The notes under the pieces: generated by a model | Databases searched by the model: none | The model's input: the letters and a program-made list of their open reading frames with translations, nothing else | What the model was told of the DNA's origin: nothing | Assembly: GCF_001194135.2 (NCBI RefSeq) | Contig: NC_068990.1 | Span: 3,458,985 to 3,503,893 of the forward strand | Length of the DNA: 44,909 nt | Source of the DNA: Octopus bimaculoides | Taxonomy: Eukaryota | Reading direction: 5' to 3' | Part shown: piece after piece, positions 12,701-27,136 of the stretch | How positions within the stretch are numbered: the first letter of the stretch is position 1 | How the letters are laid out: each line of letters starts with the position of its first letter | Translations under genes and position numbers: made by a program

Positions 12701-15399
12701 GAAAAGAGCTTTATAAAGCAGTTTTGTATGAATGGCGTGAAACGCAAACGTACTTCCTAAATGTGCTGTGGTATATAGATTTCTGCATTCATGTTCAAGG
12801 TGCACTGAATCTGTTGGTAAAATAATTAGAAATGAAGTATGTATATCTAACAAACTCCCACAATTTATCAATCAATTTCCATTTGTGTGGAGATTATTTG
12901 ATTTTATAAGTTAAAATAAAATAGAATAAAAGATTTAATAATTTTACTTCTATGATCGGAATGTTGAAAGTAATATGACAATTATAGGAATAGTATGAAC
13001 GTAACAAAAACACTTTTTAGAAACTAAGTGCAATAAAGTGTTTTCTTAAATACTCAAAAGAATCCAAAAAATGCGTGTAGTATAAACTATACGCACTTAA
13101 CTGAATATATTCACATTATCCAAATATTTTGCTAATTAATATATATGAAAAAAAAGCATCTATAAAATTAAATTTAGTTGATACATGAAAGAAACCCATC
13201 AATTTTCACATGTATGCAAAAATAAGGTTTTGAAAGACTGAGTCATTATAAAGGTAGATATAATACAATCAGTGGACAAACAAAAGTTGCTATAAATTGA
13301 AAAAAAATTATAAATATATTGAAGGTGTACTGAATTCTTCAGATTTTAGAATAACTACACGAATACTAAATATGAAAACATTGTCGATTTATGAGATTTT
13401 TTTAACGTATATGTCGTTATTAAAAGGATTGTTGTGCGCTGGAAAAAATTCAGACTCGATTATTGTATAGCATACACACACACCCTCACATACATACGCA
13501 CTTCTACACAGCTATACTCACGCACCCCGTATATGTAGGTACGTATGTATGAGTGTATGTGTGTGAGTATGTGTGTATGTATATATGTATATATGTATAG
13601 ATATGTGTGTATGTGTGTATGTGTGCATACAGAAAGAAAGAGATTGAGAGACATAGATATACATACATAGATCATGTCAATTAATGTTGGCATGCATATA
13701 TTGTAAATAATTATTTTTAATTACAAATGCATTTATGTCCGCTATGCAAAATAGATCTTTTGGTCTCACTACACGATTCTGCTTGAGCCAAAATACAACT
13801 TCTTGCGTTGACGGCGCGCAGTTATTTATTACAATACTGAGATAGCCTGTGTGTAGATAAATACTAAATAAGGTTAATAGTTTAATATACTGTCTAAAAG
13901 TGCCTTATGGCCACATCATGAGAAGATCGTTTTTAGTTTTGATCCCATTATATGGCACCGTAGCCAAGTGTCATTTCCACTAGTTCTTGTTCAACGTATA
14001 CATTTTAAGAGAAACTGTGTAGACTGGAATTCTATACATGTCGATTACACTTGTTCTTAAGGTACACACTTGTAACATTGTTTCACGGATTGCGCTTGAG
14101 GAAAAGGCGAATCGAAAGGAAAAGGTCAATCGAATCCTCAGCTACATACATGCTAAATCTAATCAGCAATACATTCGTTTCATAGAGTAAAAAAAAATCC
14201 TCGTAATCCAGCGACGGAGACCCCATATCACAAGATTATGAAGTTAAGCTATATGGCTTTCTCGGCAAAAAAACAAATATGGCGGTTAAGATGAACCAGA
14301 ATAACGCAGCGAACATTTTAAGATGTTTAACGAGTCTTTCTTCAGAGGCATTCTTGTAGTTAATTCACTAGTAGGTAATCATAATTTGGGATAATTATTT
14401 ATTTAGCGCTTTCATCTCATTTCAGAGATTGATCATGAATGATTTCGTGACAGAAAATTTATGCCTTTTATAGATATGAGAGTTAGTTGAAAAAAATCTG
14501 CAGATGGATTGGGGATAGAATGTTCTTTGTTAATTTGAATCTCTATATATGTGTGTGTATGTATGTGCATGTATGTGTGTATATGTGTGTGATGAATTTT
14601 TTGGAGGCTTTGTTAGAGGAAGAAAAACGAAAACGAAAGAAAGAGAGAAAGGATGAAATATATATGTACGCGTGCGTGTGTGCCTATATCTGAAGAAAGC
14701 GTCATGCAAAACCTTCCCTGTTTTCCAAGTACGCCGAGATATGTGACACATAATACCATTTTTCACTTTGTGAAAATCTTTCACATTCGAATGGTTGAAC
14801 AATTGTTTTGATATTCAATCTCAAAGTAGCTTCTAACCAGAGGGAAATCAGCTTAATATCAGCTGGTGAGATATTTTTTTAAGATGGTCAGTTTCCTTCC
14901 GTAATTCGTCCCACGACTTTACGCGATAATGCAAGATAACATATTGCCCATTTCACTAGGAAAAGGTTATGACACTAAATATGAAAGTTTTGTCTCATCA
15001 TTACTCTTATAAATCTGCACCATATCATTATCATCTTTTCAGATCATTGTACCATTATTATGAAGGAAAACAGTGTATTAAATGTAAAGATGAGAAAAAT
15101 GGTATCGTATTTTTATTTGCTTCGAAACCTGAAGAATGTTATACCAGAGAGATCGACAATTTAGCAGATAGATCTATGCTATCATTAATGAGAAGAATAC
15201 TACCTTGATTAAATATACTGAGAAGAAAGAAACATCTGTTTCTTTCCGGTTCCGAAATGCGACAGAAATTTCCAACCTAATATGTTTCCTAGCTTTGCAA
15301 GAGCTTTTTAACATACTCTCACGGGGAACCCATTATGATCATGACCTAAGTTCTGGTTCATTTTATATATAGATGTTATTACATTTGCTTCATCCTCGT

Positions 15400-17480
15400 T
15401 AAGGCTTAAACGATTGCTATCCCTATTCCATATAAATTTATAGCATTGAAGAACTGAAATATTATATTTCATGCGGTCCCAATGGAGTTATGAAAAACCT
15501 TTCGATTGTACATTTAGTATTTCACTTATTCTTTTATGGCATGCAGTCAGTGAACTTTTTCCATAGAACCATTGTTATAGTTTGTAATGTACAGAAGCTG
15601 GTGTTTTAGCAAATTTTTGGGAAGCTTTTGAGTTTTTTTCTTTAACTTTTACAGCTCTAGTTTTCCCTTGTGTTTCATCCTATTCAAGAAAATTTAATTT
15701 ATTACTTCCGATTTCTATGAACATTCTTTTATGTGGACTTTTTTTTACTTTCCATGATTTTAAACAGTTTAAGATCTTTGATCTCTTTATCACAAGAATT
15801 TTCTGTCTCTGCTTGGGAATAATAATTTTTATGAAAGTTGGACTTCTTATTCCGGGACAAATTTAATGCATATGACTTGCATTATTATCATAAATTGCTT
15901 TAGTTTCATATCCTTATCTTGCATAAAGACACTTTTGAGTCAGATCAGTTTAAGATCTCTTTTATAATGAATTTTCTGTGAGCTTTGTGTAAATTTCATA
16001 CTGAATAGTGATCCAGTGCTTATAATAATGTGTATGTCCATAGCTTCCATTGAATATTCTGTTTTGTCATGGACTGAGATAATTAGTTTTGTGTTTATTG
16101 TGTGGAAGAGATCTGGAGCTGTTGTTGACTCTAACCTGTTAAAATATTACTTCCTGCATGAATATGGGAGATTTTGTCTGTCTTATTTAATGATATTAAA
16201 ATTAGTTTGCTGTTTGAGTTAGAGAGACTGGAGTCACTCAAATAAAATAGATTGTTATATGTGAATCAACAGTATTCTATTTCTGAGGATTTCTTAAATT
16301 TTCTATCATGATTTGAGATATTGGTCGGATATGATTGATGCAAATGTAACTAAATCGAGTTGCTCTATATTATATTAGTGTCTTATAAATCAAGTATAAA
16401 ATACTTCACGGATCTACAAGGCATTTCTTCAATACCTTTATTCTTTCCTGTAAGTTGAAGGATGACATATTTTGGTATTACACATTTCTGGATATCTTTT
16501 TGTTGTTGCTATATGCATTTCAGTATGTGCCATGCATATTATATTTTGATAGTGTATAGCATATCTCTCTGATGAAAAATTTATTTCTGTTCCTATATTA
16601 TAAGGGAGTTTTGATATTCAACAGAACGAACGATGCTGTATGTGGGTAGGGGCTTTTGGTAATCATATCTGGCTTATTGCGATGACTTCATGCTTTGAGT
16701 TGGTATTTGCTGTAGCCAAGTCGACTACTACATCTACGTCACGTTTCAAAAAGATTGATGTAACACGTAATTATTCTGCATATTGGCTCATAATGGAAAT
16801 GAGGGATGCGTGCTATGTCTCCTTGAGATCAGAATATGCCCGACTGCCATTAAGGTGGTTCGCCCTTTACTTAAAAACATTGTGGGGTGTGGCGTTTGGT
16901 TTCGCATACATGCTTTTCTGCAACTTGACCATTTCCTGTATCCCAATTTAATTTGTGAGGTATCTCTAAGCCACACAATGTTACCGTTATATGGTTTGTC
17001 ATGACCGAAGTGACATCTCCAATTCTCTCCTCAGCTGAAGCTACTTTTCAAAGTAGACCTGCTGGTGATTTTTGTTTCTGTTATTTATTCCAGAATATTT
17101 ATTGGTTTCTCAACAATCTGTTGGTAAAGTGAACTGCATTTATTTTAAATTCTTTTTTTTCTCTCAAGATTAATTTAACTTCATATTTTTGCTTCAATTA
17201 CTTCTAATTTTTATTGTAGTAAAGATAGAGCTGGAAGCATTTATATTTTATCGACTTTCTTAACATTTCCTTCGTTCATTGCAACGTTAACTCGATCCTG
17301 TGAAAGTTTTACTACTTGATTTTTGCCTGTGTATTTTTTTGCCTTCGTTTTTCCCATTATTATCCTGTAAGTTCAAATACGGCTTTGTATTGAAATAAGA
17401 ATCAGCAACTTCTCGTATATTTTCTTTCAATACATACCTTCGATGAACAGAATTCATAACATTCTGGACAATCTGTAATT
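15400..17480 (-). mobile_element. Heavily decayed L1/Tx1-like ORF2 (RT) remnant, tentative
   Basis: A-rich minus strand with scattered frameshifted motif echoes: KSPAGL (cf. KSPGPDG), GCAGAAAAGCATGTAT (cf. AEKAFD), EPICRII (cf. EPL..II after QGCPLSP). No intact YADD seen; boundaries approximate. Confidence 0.3.
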
Positions 17481-17872
17481 AACAATGCTTTGAATTTGTT
17501 ACGATATAGTCTGTAACATCAGAGGGGATCGGATTTCTTATGCCGCCAATTTCATCTTTTATGATTATTAATTGTCATTATTTACCTATTAGCTATTGCT
17601 GTCTACCTTAAATTACGGCACACAGTTATAAAGGAAAGTTGCATGGACGTAATGCTTTCAAATATAGTGATGATAAATATTTTTGTAAAGAAGATATTTG
17701 CTACTTTACAAAGAAAGTAAAGCGGAACAATAATGTCTTAGTTCTTATCAGGAAACTTTCGCTGACAATATTACATTTACGCAGATTTCGCTATCAGAAT
17801 ATGAATAGTAATATCTGAATATCAGTCAGACACGTTAAAATGTATCATTTACAGTAATCTAAAAGCTTAACT

Positions 17873-17874
17873 AA

Positions 17875-17917
<43 letters not shown>
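17873..17917. repeat. (TTA)n microsatellite
   Basis: Direct reading. Confidence 0.95.
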
Positions 17918-17919
<2 letters not shown>

Positions 17920-18066
17920 ATTTCTACGTTCTGAGTTCAAATTCCTCCGAGGACAACTTTGCTTTTCGGAGGTCGATAAAATAAATACCAGTTGAATACT
18001 GGTGTCGATGTAAACGACTTAATCCCTTCGCCCAAATTTGAGGCCTTGTGCTTCCAGTAGAAAGGA
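17920..18066 (+). mobile_element. SINE family A, 5'-truncated
   Basis: CTACGTTCTGAGTTCAAATTCCTCCGAGG...GGTCGATAAAATAAATACCAG...AGAAAGGATT, then simple-repeat tail. Confidence 0.88.
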
Positions 18067-18123
18067 TTCTTCTTCTTCTTCTTCTTCTTCTTCTTCTGCT
18101 TCTTCTTCTTCTTCTTCTTCTTC

Positions 18124-18208
<85 letters not shown>
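18066..18208. repeat. Compound (TTC)n-(TTA)n microsatellite expanded from the SINE tail
   Basis: Direct reading; source of the poly-S/Y/L/I ORFs. Confidence 0.93.
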
Positions 18209-18210
<2 letters not shown>

Positions 18211-18390
18211 GTTTGACTTTTGTTTTGCATTTGTACAAGTTGGATCCAAGTCTCACCCAGAGACCTCAAGAGACAACAAATTAGAAGTTCATGTAGGTGT
18301 TATGCCTAGGGTACCATATATTTGGATTTGTACAGTTTTGTTCAAGTGAATGTTTAAGAAACCATAAGAAAATTATGTGTTTGCTTTAAA

Positions 18391-18491
<101 letters not shown>

Positions 18492-18939
18492 GTTGCATTA
18501 ATATATGTGACAGCGCAATAATTGATTATGAATAATTCTTTCGGTATTCAATAAAGGCAAATACTGCGTGCGTTTGTGGGCACGGAAAGACGATCAGGAA
18601 TAGAAGAGAAAAGGAAACTGGAGGGTGGGGATATTAAATAAACAAACAAAACGAATAGATCTTTAATGTAGGAAAAGGAAGTAACGATTCCTTTTTTTTA
18701 TAATTTGCCTTTATGTGAATATTAAAACTTACCTTCAGCTAACAATTTCCAAGCGCGTGACGATATTTTTTCTTTGCGTGTTGAAATAATTTTAATCCAT
18801 TCGTATGTTTGAAACTATTGCTTAATCGTTGTCGCTAAAGTTAGAGGCTTAAACATTTTACAAATATAATCGAAAAGAAAAAAAATTATTAGATTTATAT
18901 ATAGACTGCATTACACGTATGTCTGATATTTATGAATGT

Positions 18940-19063
18940 TAGGCGCTGGTGTAGCTTTGTGGTAAGAAGCTTCCCAACCACATGGTTCCGGTTTCAGTCT
19001 CATTGCGTGACACCTTGGACAAGTGTCTTCTACTATATCCTACTATGTAGGATATATATATAT

Positions 19064-19111
<48 letters not shown>

Positions 19112-19325
19112 TTGTGAGTGTGTGTGTATTTGTTCCCCCACCATCGCTTCACAATCGATGTTGATGTGTTTCCATGCCGTAACATAAGCGATTCGGCAAA
19201 AGAGACCAATAGAATAAGTTCTGGGCTTACAAAGAATAAGTCCCGGGGGTCGATTTGTTCGAGTAAAAAGAAGTGGTGCTCCAGCATGGCTGCAGTCAAA
19301 TGACTGACACAAGTAAAATAATAAA
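18940..19325 (+). mobile_element. CORE-type (OR2-like) SINE with internal (TG)n
   Basis: tRNA-like head GGCGCTGGTGTAGCTTTGTGGTAAGAAGC, box B-like GTTCCGGTTTCAGTC, CORE-like GACACCTTGGACAAGTGTCTT, internal TG array, tail GCAGTCAAATGACTGACACAAGTAAAA. Confidence 0.88.
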
Positions 19326-19377
19326 ACCTGAATATCTGAGTTATTTGCAATTTCAGGAAAGAAAATTTAGTGCAGTA

Positions 19378-19428
<51 letters not shown>

Positions 19429-19526
19429 GTGTGTGTGTGTGAGCGTATGTACATACGTATGAGAAGATTGCTGTGCGAGAATACATTTGGGCAGTCTTCT
19501 ATACGTTTTCAATATCTATATCTCCT

Positions 19527-19581
<55 letters not shown>

Positions 19582-19700
19582 ATCTCTATCTCTATCTCTC
19601 TTTCTGAGCTATCTAGCTGTCTTTCTATATAAACACACACAGACACACACACACACACATATATATATATTATATAGCGATGGATGGCTGGATGGACGGA
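19378..19700. repeat. Cluster of (AC)n, (CT)n, (TA)n and (GGAC)n simple repeats
   Basis: Direct reading. Confidence 0.92.
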
Positions 19701-20623
19701 CCGACGGACGGACGGACATAGCAAGATTTCAATGTTTTGCGTTTTAATATCTACAAGAAGGTACTAAGCTGCAATAATGCTTCCAGATGAAAAGTTCGAT
19801 GAAAAAATTATTTAGGAGTGAATCTTGGCTTTAGAGATAACTTGGTAAAAGCAGATGTAAAACACACATATATACATTTATAATATGTATGTATGTGTTG
19901 TGTATACATGTGTGTGCAGGTGTATGTAGATCTGAAAAGCTGCGCAACTTAAAGGCTAAAGATTTATTAATGTGCACATGTCAAATTTTGATAACGGCAT
20001 ATTATCGGAACTCTCGGCCCTTGAGATCTTTTATATAACTTTACAACTAAATAAAAAGCAAAGAAACTCGCACACGCATACACACATATCAAATATAATA
20101 TATATATCATATATGCAAAATAATTATATGTGTGTGTTTCCATGTGTGTATTTCCATGGATGTATGCATGGATCCATGTGCGTATGTATATATGTATATA
20201 TTTATGAATGTATGCATGTAGGTATGTATGTATCCCCTTATATCTTCGTCAGAGTTTTTAGGTGATGCATATGCACTCACGTATGAGTACATTGAATCTT
20301 ATGTGAGAAACACGTCTGCTAATGATTTATAACAATTTTTTGTTGCTTGTATTTTATTAGCACCTCTTATGCTATGCACTTGACTATCGCTTCTTTACGA
20401 AGCACGTCTATATTGAGTTCTAATACCGGCTTACTAATATCGCTATGGTTAAGCAATATATGAGACTAGAAAACAGCCAACAACTGATGAAGGGCCGTTC
20501 TTTATGTTGTTTGACTTGTTTTCTATTTGTGTCTTTTGTTGTTCGAAAACGTAGTTCATATTTCATGTACTCGTACTTCGTATTTTTTGTTGTACACGTT
20601 TCGTGACGTCCTCTGCCTACATA

Positions 20624-20624
<1 letters not shown>

Positions 20625-20679
<55 letters not shown>

Positions 20680-20879
20680 CATATGTGTATATATACATAC
20701 ATATGTATATATATACACACATATATATATATATACACGTATAGATGTAAGTACATATACGTATGCATATATGCATATATATACATATGTATATATATAC
20801 ATATATATATATACACGTATAGATGTAAGTATGTACATATACGTATGCATATATGCATATATATATATATGTGTGTGTG

Positions 20880-20928
<49 letters not shown>

Positions 20929-20950
20929 GTACACATACATACTTACATGC
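20625..20950. repeat. TA-rich compound microsatellite with an ~80-bp-period duplication
   Basis: ATACACGTATAGATGTAAGTA...CATATACGTATGCATATATGCATAT occurs at about 20733 and 20811. Confidence 0.9.
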
Positions 20951-22819
20951 ATGCATAGGTTTTTGCGCTTGTGGATGCTTATATTTGTAAATATGTAGTG
21001 CATTTATGTGATTGTAGGAACGGTGTGTTGTATACTTACAAAAATCAGAGGAGCTGAATCAATAGTTAACTGTAGATAATTTCTTCGCACGACAAAACTG
21101 GTGCGCACTTCAATAGTATATCAAATAGTGCAAAATTTACTATTTCAGCAAAGTGTTGGTGATACAAACCTAAACTCTCTGTAAACCATTAGATTATTAA
21201 ACGTTAGGTCTATGCATAAAATTCTTTTTGCCTTAATATTCCAGATACTGACTATATTCACAAACCACTTGGGAGATATATTAATTTTGAAGTCTGTATT
21301 TTGAACTATCACCTGTATTGGATTTATCAACTGTCAAAATTAAGCCAGATTTATCAAGGTGTCAGAACTTACATAGATATTTTCTAGTGTATGTAGTTGC
21401 TGCAATCATTTTAATATTATTTTGCCCTGAAGGAACGTTTTTGAATCATAATCTAGATACTACATGACGTTATCCTTAAGAAATTTTTGTGAATCGAGAA
21501 TGAAATAGAATGTAATGTAGTAGCAACTGGCTTTTAACATTGTGCCTTCAACTGTCACTTAAAAGAAAATATTTCTCTGGAATAAATGCACTTCATGTTA
21601 GAGTAGAGTGTTTAAATAACTTCCATTGACGCGGGTTTAATGCAATTAGAAATGAATTTAATCAATATTGATTTTTACCACTCCCTCTTCTAACGTTAGC
21701 AGTCTTTTTTTTATTATTTTCATACTTGCGTTAATTCATCATCGATTTCATATTTTGAAAATCATCATAACAAAAATACACGGTGTCTTAACTTTAGCTG
21801 ATATTTTACAATGACATAATGAATACACTATATATTCGAAAATATATTTAGCCATTGTATTGCGAAAATTTGATACATCCACTCAAAATTTCCTTGCCCT
21901 TATTGTGGAAAGCAGTTTTATATACTAATCTCATTTTTGTTGAAGAATGTCACGTTCGAACGTATTTTTTGATCGATGTATGTCAAGTTTATTGAGGCAA
22001 CGTGACTTTCAGAAAATACCAGTTCTAGTTTTGATAGATATATAACATAATTATTAGAATAAACATGCAATTTAATTTCGCAGTGAAATGGATACACTTA
22101 TTCAAAGTTTCTAGTAATAAGAGTTTAAAGTGAACGCAGATAAAAAGCTACAGAAAGAAATGTTTCGATTTTTATATTACATAATGATATTCATCCAGTT
22201 ATTCATTCATTTCTTATGTCGTAACTACTTGAATAATTTGCCCCATGCATCTTCGTGTAAGTAATTGTGTGGCATAAATACTTTGTGGTAAAATTTAAAA
22301 TTGGTGTTGTTTCAATTCAAGTATTACTATAGATTTGGTAAACTCGAGTGCTGCTTTTACTTCTCTACGATATAGACACCGCTGCTTATCTTCAGCTTAA
22401 TATCTTTATAAAAAATACAAAAGCATCCATGTGTGTGTGTTTGTGTATGTGTGCGCTAGTGTGTTTTGTGTGCGCTAGTGTGTTTTGTGTGCGTCCGTTT
22501 GTGCGTGCATGTATGTATGTGTGTGTGGATGTATGTGGTTTTCAAACACGCATAACAAGAACCCACCGAGCATCAAAGACATCGAAAGATTTGGAGAGGA
22601 TCTAAAAACGAATCAAGTTCTATAAAGGGCAAAACAGAATAGTTAGATTACGTACTACTGCTAACTGGCACACGTAACTCCATTTAATGAAGCAGAAGTT
22701 CATTTTCTAATGCATGAACGTACCTGTTACGTTTTCTGCTTTCATATGTTTTTATATATGAGTATATATACTTGTTTGTAAATATGTGTGTGTGGCGTGT
22801 GTGTGTTGTATGTATGTAT

Positions 22820-22821
22820 AC

Positions 22822-22914
<93 letters not shown>

Positions 22915-22950
22915 CAGAGAGAGAGACAGAGAGAGAGACAGAGACAGAGA
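22820..22950. repeat. (TA)n-(GA)n compound microsatellite
   Basis: Direct reading. Confidence 0.95.
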
Positions 22951-23206
22951 GAGGAAGGAGACAGAGGAGTGAGCGATTGAAAAAACAACAAATAATGTTA
23001 TCATTTATCACTGATTTACGTTATATACAGACTTCGTTGTAAGAAAACTGATGATAAATTAAAAAATTAACACTAAGCAGATGTTTTTAAACAGAGTTAA
23101 CTAGGAAAAATTGATGACAATATCCTCCAGTAGTTTTGTGCGTGCATATATGTGTGTGTGCCTGTGCAGTGTGTGCACGCATGTTTGTGTTTCTGTATAT
23201 ACACAA

Positions 23207-23209
<3 letters not shown>

Positions 23210-23279
<70 letters not shown>

Positions 23280-23329
23280 TATGTGTTTGTGCATGTATAT
23301 ACATATATATGTATATATGTATCTGTGTG

Positions 23330-23398
<69 letters not shown>
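23210..23398. repeat. (AC)n/(TA)n compound microsatellite
   Basis: Direct reading. Confidence 0.95.
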
Positions 23399-23400
<2 letters not shown>

Positions 23401-23438
23401 TTAGTGACATTACGTTGAAAGATCGGTTATACAGTCTA

Positions 23439-24814
23439 CAGTAGTGGTCAAATTTAGAGAACGAAAATAAAAATAAAGATATTTATACTCCTACTCCACT
23501 TTTACGAATGGAATTTTTACTGTATATCCTTTAAAGTATGTTCAATGCTTGCAATAAATTTTGTAGGAGGTGATTAATGACTAAACAATTTGTAATAACA
23601 ATGAAATAAACAAGCTGGTCGAAATTATAGAAAGTATCACGTAAAATTCAAGAAATCAAAAAATTTACAAGAAATCTTTAGAATCAACAGCAGTATATTA
23701 ACAAGATGTGTACATTCCTGTATTTTTAATGACTTTAGGACATTTCCGTCCCCAGAATTTGACCAATTTCTCACATTGTTCTGGCGTAGTTGTATTCCAT
23801 TCTACCTGAATTTCTTCCCACATATTCGTAACATTCGCAGGTTGGTGCTCTCTAATCTTATAATCAAGTATCTTCCATAAGTTTTCAATTGGATAAAGGT
23901 CAGGACTTTGAGCTAGCCAACACACAACAGTGATCTTTCCAACTTCAAACACCGCCTTAACTATGTTAGTAATGTGACATGGTGCATTATCATGTATAAA
24001 GATTAGCTGACGAGTTGGAGATGATTTCATAGATGGCACAACATGCAGCATAATGATTGTTTTGAATATGGCTGAATTCACATTACCATGGATCTGGTTC
24101 AAAGGCTCAACAACTGCTGCAGAAATCATTCCTCACTCCATTAAACTCCCACCTCAAAACTTCACTGATTTCTTCACGGATTTATGGATGAACCTTTCCC
24201 CTTTATGACGTCGCACGGACTGTCTATCACCGGTCGGCACGACCAGCTGTCGTCCATCCAAAGTACATGCTAGTTGACAAAGACTAACCTCGCTTTTCGG
24301 TTCTTCATACTTACGAGAGGTTTAATGGTATGGAAATGTGTCCAAGAAGCTCAGACCACATAGATTTCCAACTTCATTCAAACGACAATCCACAGTCTTC
24401 CAAGACACATTCATTTCATAATCACGATTTACTTGGCGAAAAATTCTTGCAGCACTATCGAAGCAGTCTCTTAACAACCACAATCTTGCCGAACGCTTCC
24501 TTACCGTAGTCTCCCTCGATATTTCTAATGACACAAATGAGCTTGTTTCTTCATAAAGCTTGAATATTCTTGAAACGACATTCTGTTAATGTCTCTGACG
24601 ATAGCAGAAATTGCCATTCCTTCCTCTTCAATGTGACCACTTGCTTCCTGAGACTTTCATCAACTTTACGTTGGCTTTCTATACTTGTTAATTTACTACT
24701 ATTCAATATAAATCTTCGCCCTGTTAGGTCAAATTACTTTACATCGGTCGGAGTGTTGCCAGATTTTGCTTTTTGAATTTTACGGCATTCGTTCTCTAAT
24801 TTTGTCCACTACCG
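23439..24814 (-). mobile_element. Tc1/mariner DNA transposon, both ends present, decayed
   Basis: 27-bp TIRs CAGTAGTGGTCAAATTTAGAGAACGAA (23439-23465) and TTCGTTCTCTAATTTTGTCCACTACCG (24788-24814), flanked by TA at 23437-38 and 24815-16; transposase remnants inside. Confidence 0.93.
23698..24700 (-). pseudogene. Tc1-type DD34E transposase pseudogene
   Basis: HDNAPCH...WLAQSPDLYPIENLW catalytic motifs (ORF 23698-24129); KPLVSMKNRKARL and VKF*GGSLMEWG segments; HTH region in ORF 24322-24534; stops, frameshifts and loss of the first-D (SDES) block. 5' boundary approximate. Confidence 0.9.
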
Positions 24815-24922
24815 TACAAACTACGTTTCGTAAGAAGCAAAATGGTTCTAATGATATGAGTTCTCATATACGCACACACGCATACATTCACACGCACTCA
24901 CAAACACGTGTGTGTGTTCATG

Positions 24923-24927
<5 letters not shown>

Positions 24928-24988
<61 letters not shown>
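24928..24988. repeat. (TA)n microsatellite
   Basis: Direct reading. Confidence 0.95.
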
Positions 24989-24989
<1 letters not shown>

Positions 24990-26340
24990 GTGTTTGTGTG
25001 TATGAGTGTGTGTGTGTATAAACAACTTTATGTATAATATATATATACATGTATATATAATGGAATCTTCTGTAGAAGCTGGTGTATGACTGTCCGGCTT
25101 TTGCTGAACAACCTGCACAGATGATCTTTTCATAGTGATCAAACGTATGTGCTGCAGATTTTCTCACTCCCTCAATCAAATTGACGTTTCCCCTTAATGT
25201 TCCGGAGCAATGTAGATCATATTTAGGCATAGCTGGTTGTCCTAAGATTGTCCTGAAACATTCTGAAATATTAATATTGATATTTAGTAAAGAACCATAA
25301 TTCTTGCCCCTCTCAGTGGAGTTAAGCAGTATAGATGGTGAAATAATATTGACGCCTCTTCGGTCTATAGGTACTAACCTATTCTAGCGATTCTTCTACA
25401 ATCCTGGTGAAATACAATTAATCCATTCGTAAATATGAACATTTTACCCTGTGAACAGCATGGGAAACTAGCGTAAAGTCAAAGAAATTCCAAGAAGCTC
25501 AGACCACATAGATTTTAAATAGAGAAACTTAGTAGGAACCACTTGCCTGTCTTTCGATTAATTTTTTTTCTTTTAGCCTCCAGTGCTGAGTCCTAACTCT
25601 TCCAAAATGTGAGATCAAAGTGCATTTAAATACAGCTGTTTCGGCTTAGAAACAATTGTAGTGCTTCTCTGTTTAGATGTATTCTTGTGCATAAATACCA
25701 AATACTTCATTTAACTGTTTGTCAATGGATTTAAAGAATAACTAGGGCTACGTGTTTGTACTGAGAGTTTGTTATATAATGTTTACAATATCTACTAAAA
25801 TATAATGTATTTTGAAGTTTCCACTTATAATCGACGTTTTGCTGCGAAGCCGAGAAACAAAACAAAGTAGATCAAACGTGTAGATAATTGTGCAAAGAGA
25901 AAAAAATCTACTACATAAGTGTGTGCGTATTGTTGTATATATGTATACACACACACGCACACCACACACACACGCACACATATATATACATGTAATGAAA
26001 GCATAAAGATACATTCTAAAACGGCTATTATTTTTTACGGCATAGGTACTCCGGTGTTATAGTGTTAGACAAATAATTCAGATGTAAAAGCTATTTTCTA
26101 AACCAAAGCCAATTGTCGCCGCGATAGGCGAATTAGAATGCAGCGATATGGAAGTTAGTAAAATATTATACTATTAAACTGCCTGTAATGCGTCCTGATA
26201 AGCTTTTTTTGATGTTGATCGAAAGAAATTCAATATTGAAGATATGCAGCTTTTAGTACTTCCCTAACCGTATGAGACATACACACACATACATAGGCAA
26301 ACACATACATAGGCAAACACATACACGCTTATATAATTAT

Positions 26341-26382
<42 letters not shown>

Positions 26383-26625
26383 NNNNNNNNNNNNNNNNNN
26401 NNNNNNNNNNNNNNNNNNNNNNNNNNNNNNNNNNNNNNNNNNNNNNNNNNNNNNNNNNNNNNNNNNNNNNNNNNNNNNNNNNNNNNNNNNNNNNNNNNNN
26501 NNNNNNNNNNNNNATATATATGCTTACACACGCATATGTGCGTGTACCTTTGTATATGTATGTTTAACAATAAATTCGTTTCTTTGCTAGTTTGCAGAAT
26601 TATTAGAGCTTTGCTGAATTATCTT

Positions 26626-26705
26626 GAGGTATTACTTTCTGAATTCAAATTCCACCCAAGATTAAATTAGCTATTCACCTTTCGAAGTCAAGTAACTTAA
26701 GTGCA
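26626..26705 (+). mobile_element. SINE family A fragment
   Basis: TTCTGAATTCAAATTCCACCCAAG...TTCACCTTTCGAAGTC degenerate core. Confidence 0.5.
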
Positions 26706-26863
26706 TGGGTAGATATTTTTGACTAAACTTTTCCGCTCAAAATTGTCTATTTGCGCCTAAATCAAAGACCACTATCAAGGCAACAACCTAGCAGAGGTGT
26801 TTGGGCGAAAGAAAAAATATGCTTTGCAATACCATCCTTAAAAATTGCTGGTCATATACTTAA

Positions 26864-27072
26864 ATCAGAATCCTTAGCACGCAGGGCAAGATGCTTAGCG
26901 GTATTTCCCCCGTCTTTATGTTCTGAGTTCAAATTCCGCCGAGGTCGAATTTGCCTTTCATCCTTTCGTGGTCGATGAATTAAGTAGCAGTTGAGTACTG
27001 TAGTCGAACAGATGGACCTATCCCCTCCCCATACATTTCATGACTTGTGCCTATATTAGAAAGGATTATTGT
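26864..27072 (+). mobile_element. tRNA-derived SINE, family A
   Basis: GTTCTGAGTTCAAATTCCGCCGAGGTCGAATTTGCCTTTCATCCTTTCGTGGTCGAT core; AGAAAGGATTATT tail. Confidence 0.9.
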
Positions 27073-27136
27073 TGTGGGGGGNNNNNNNNNNNNNNNNNNN
27101 NNNNNNNNNNNNNNNNNNNGGGGGGGGGGGGTCAAT

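Noticed and set aside
14969-15208. 79-aa ORF MTLNMKV...RRILP
   Set aside because: No recognisable homology or splice context; length expected by chance.
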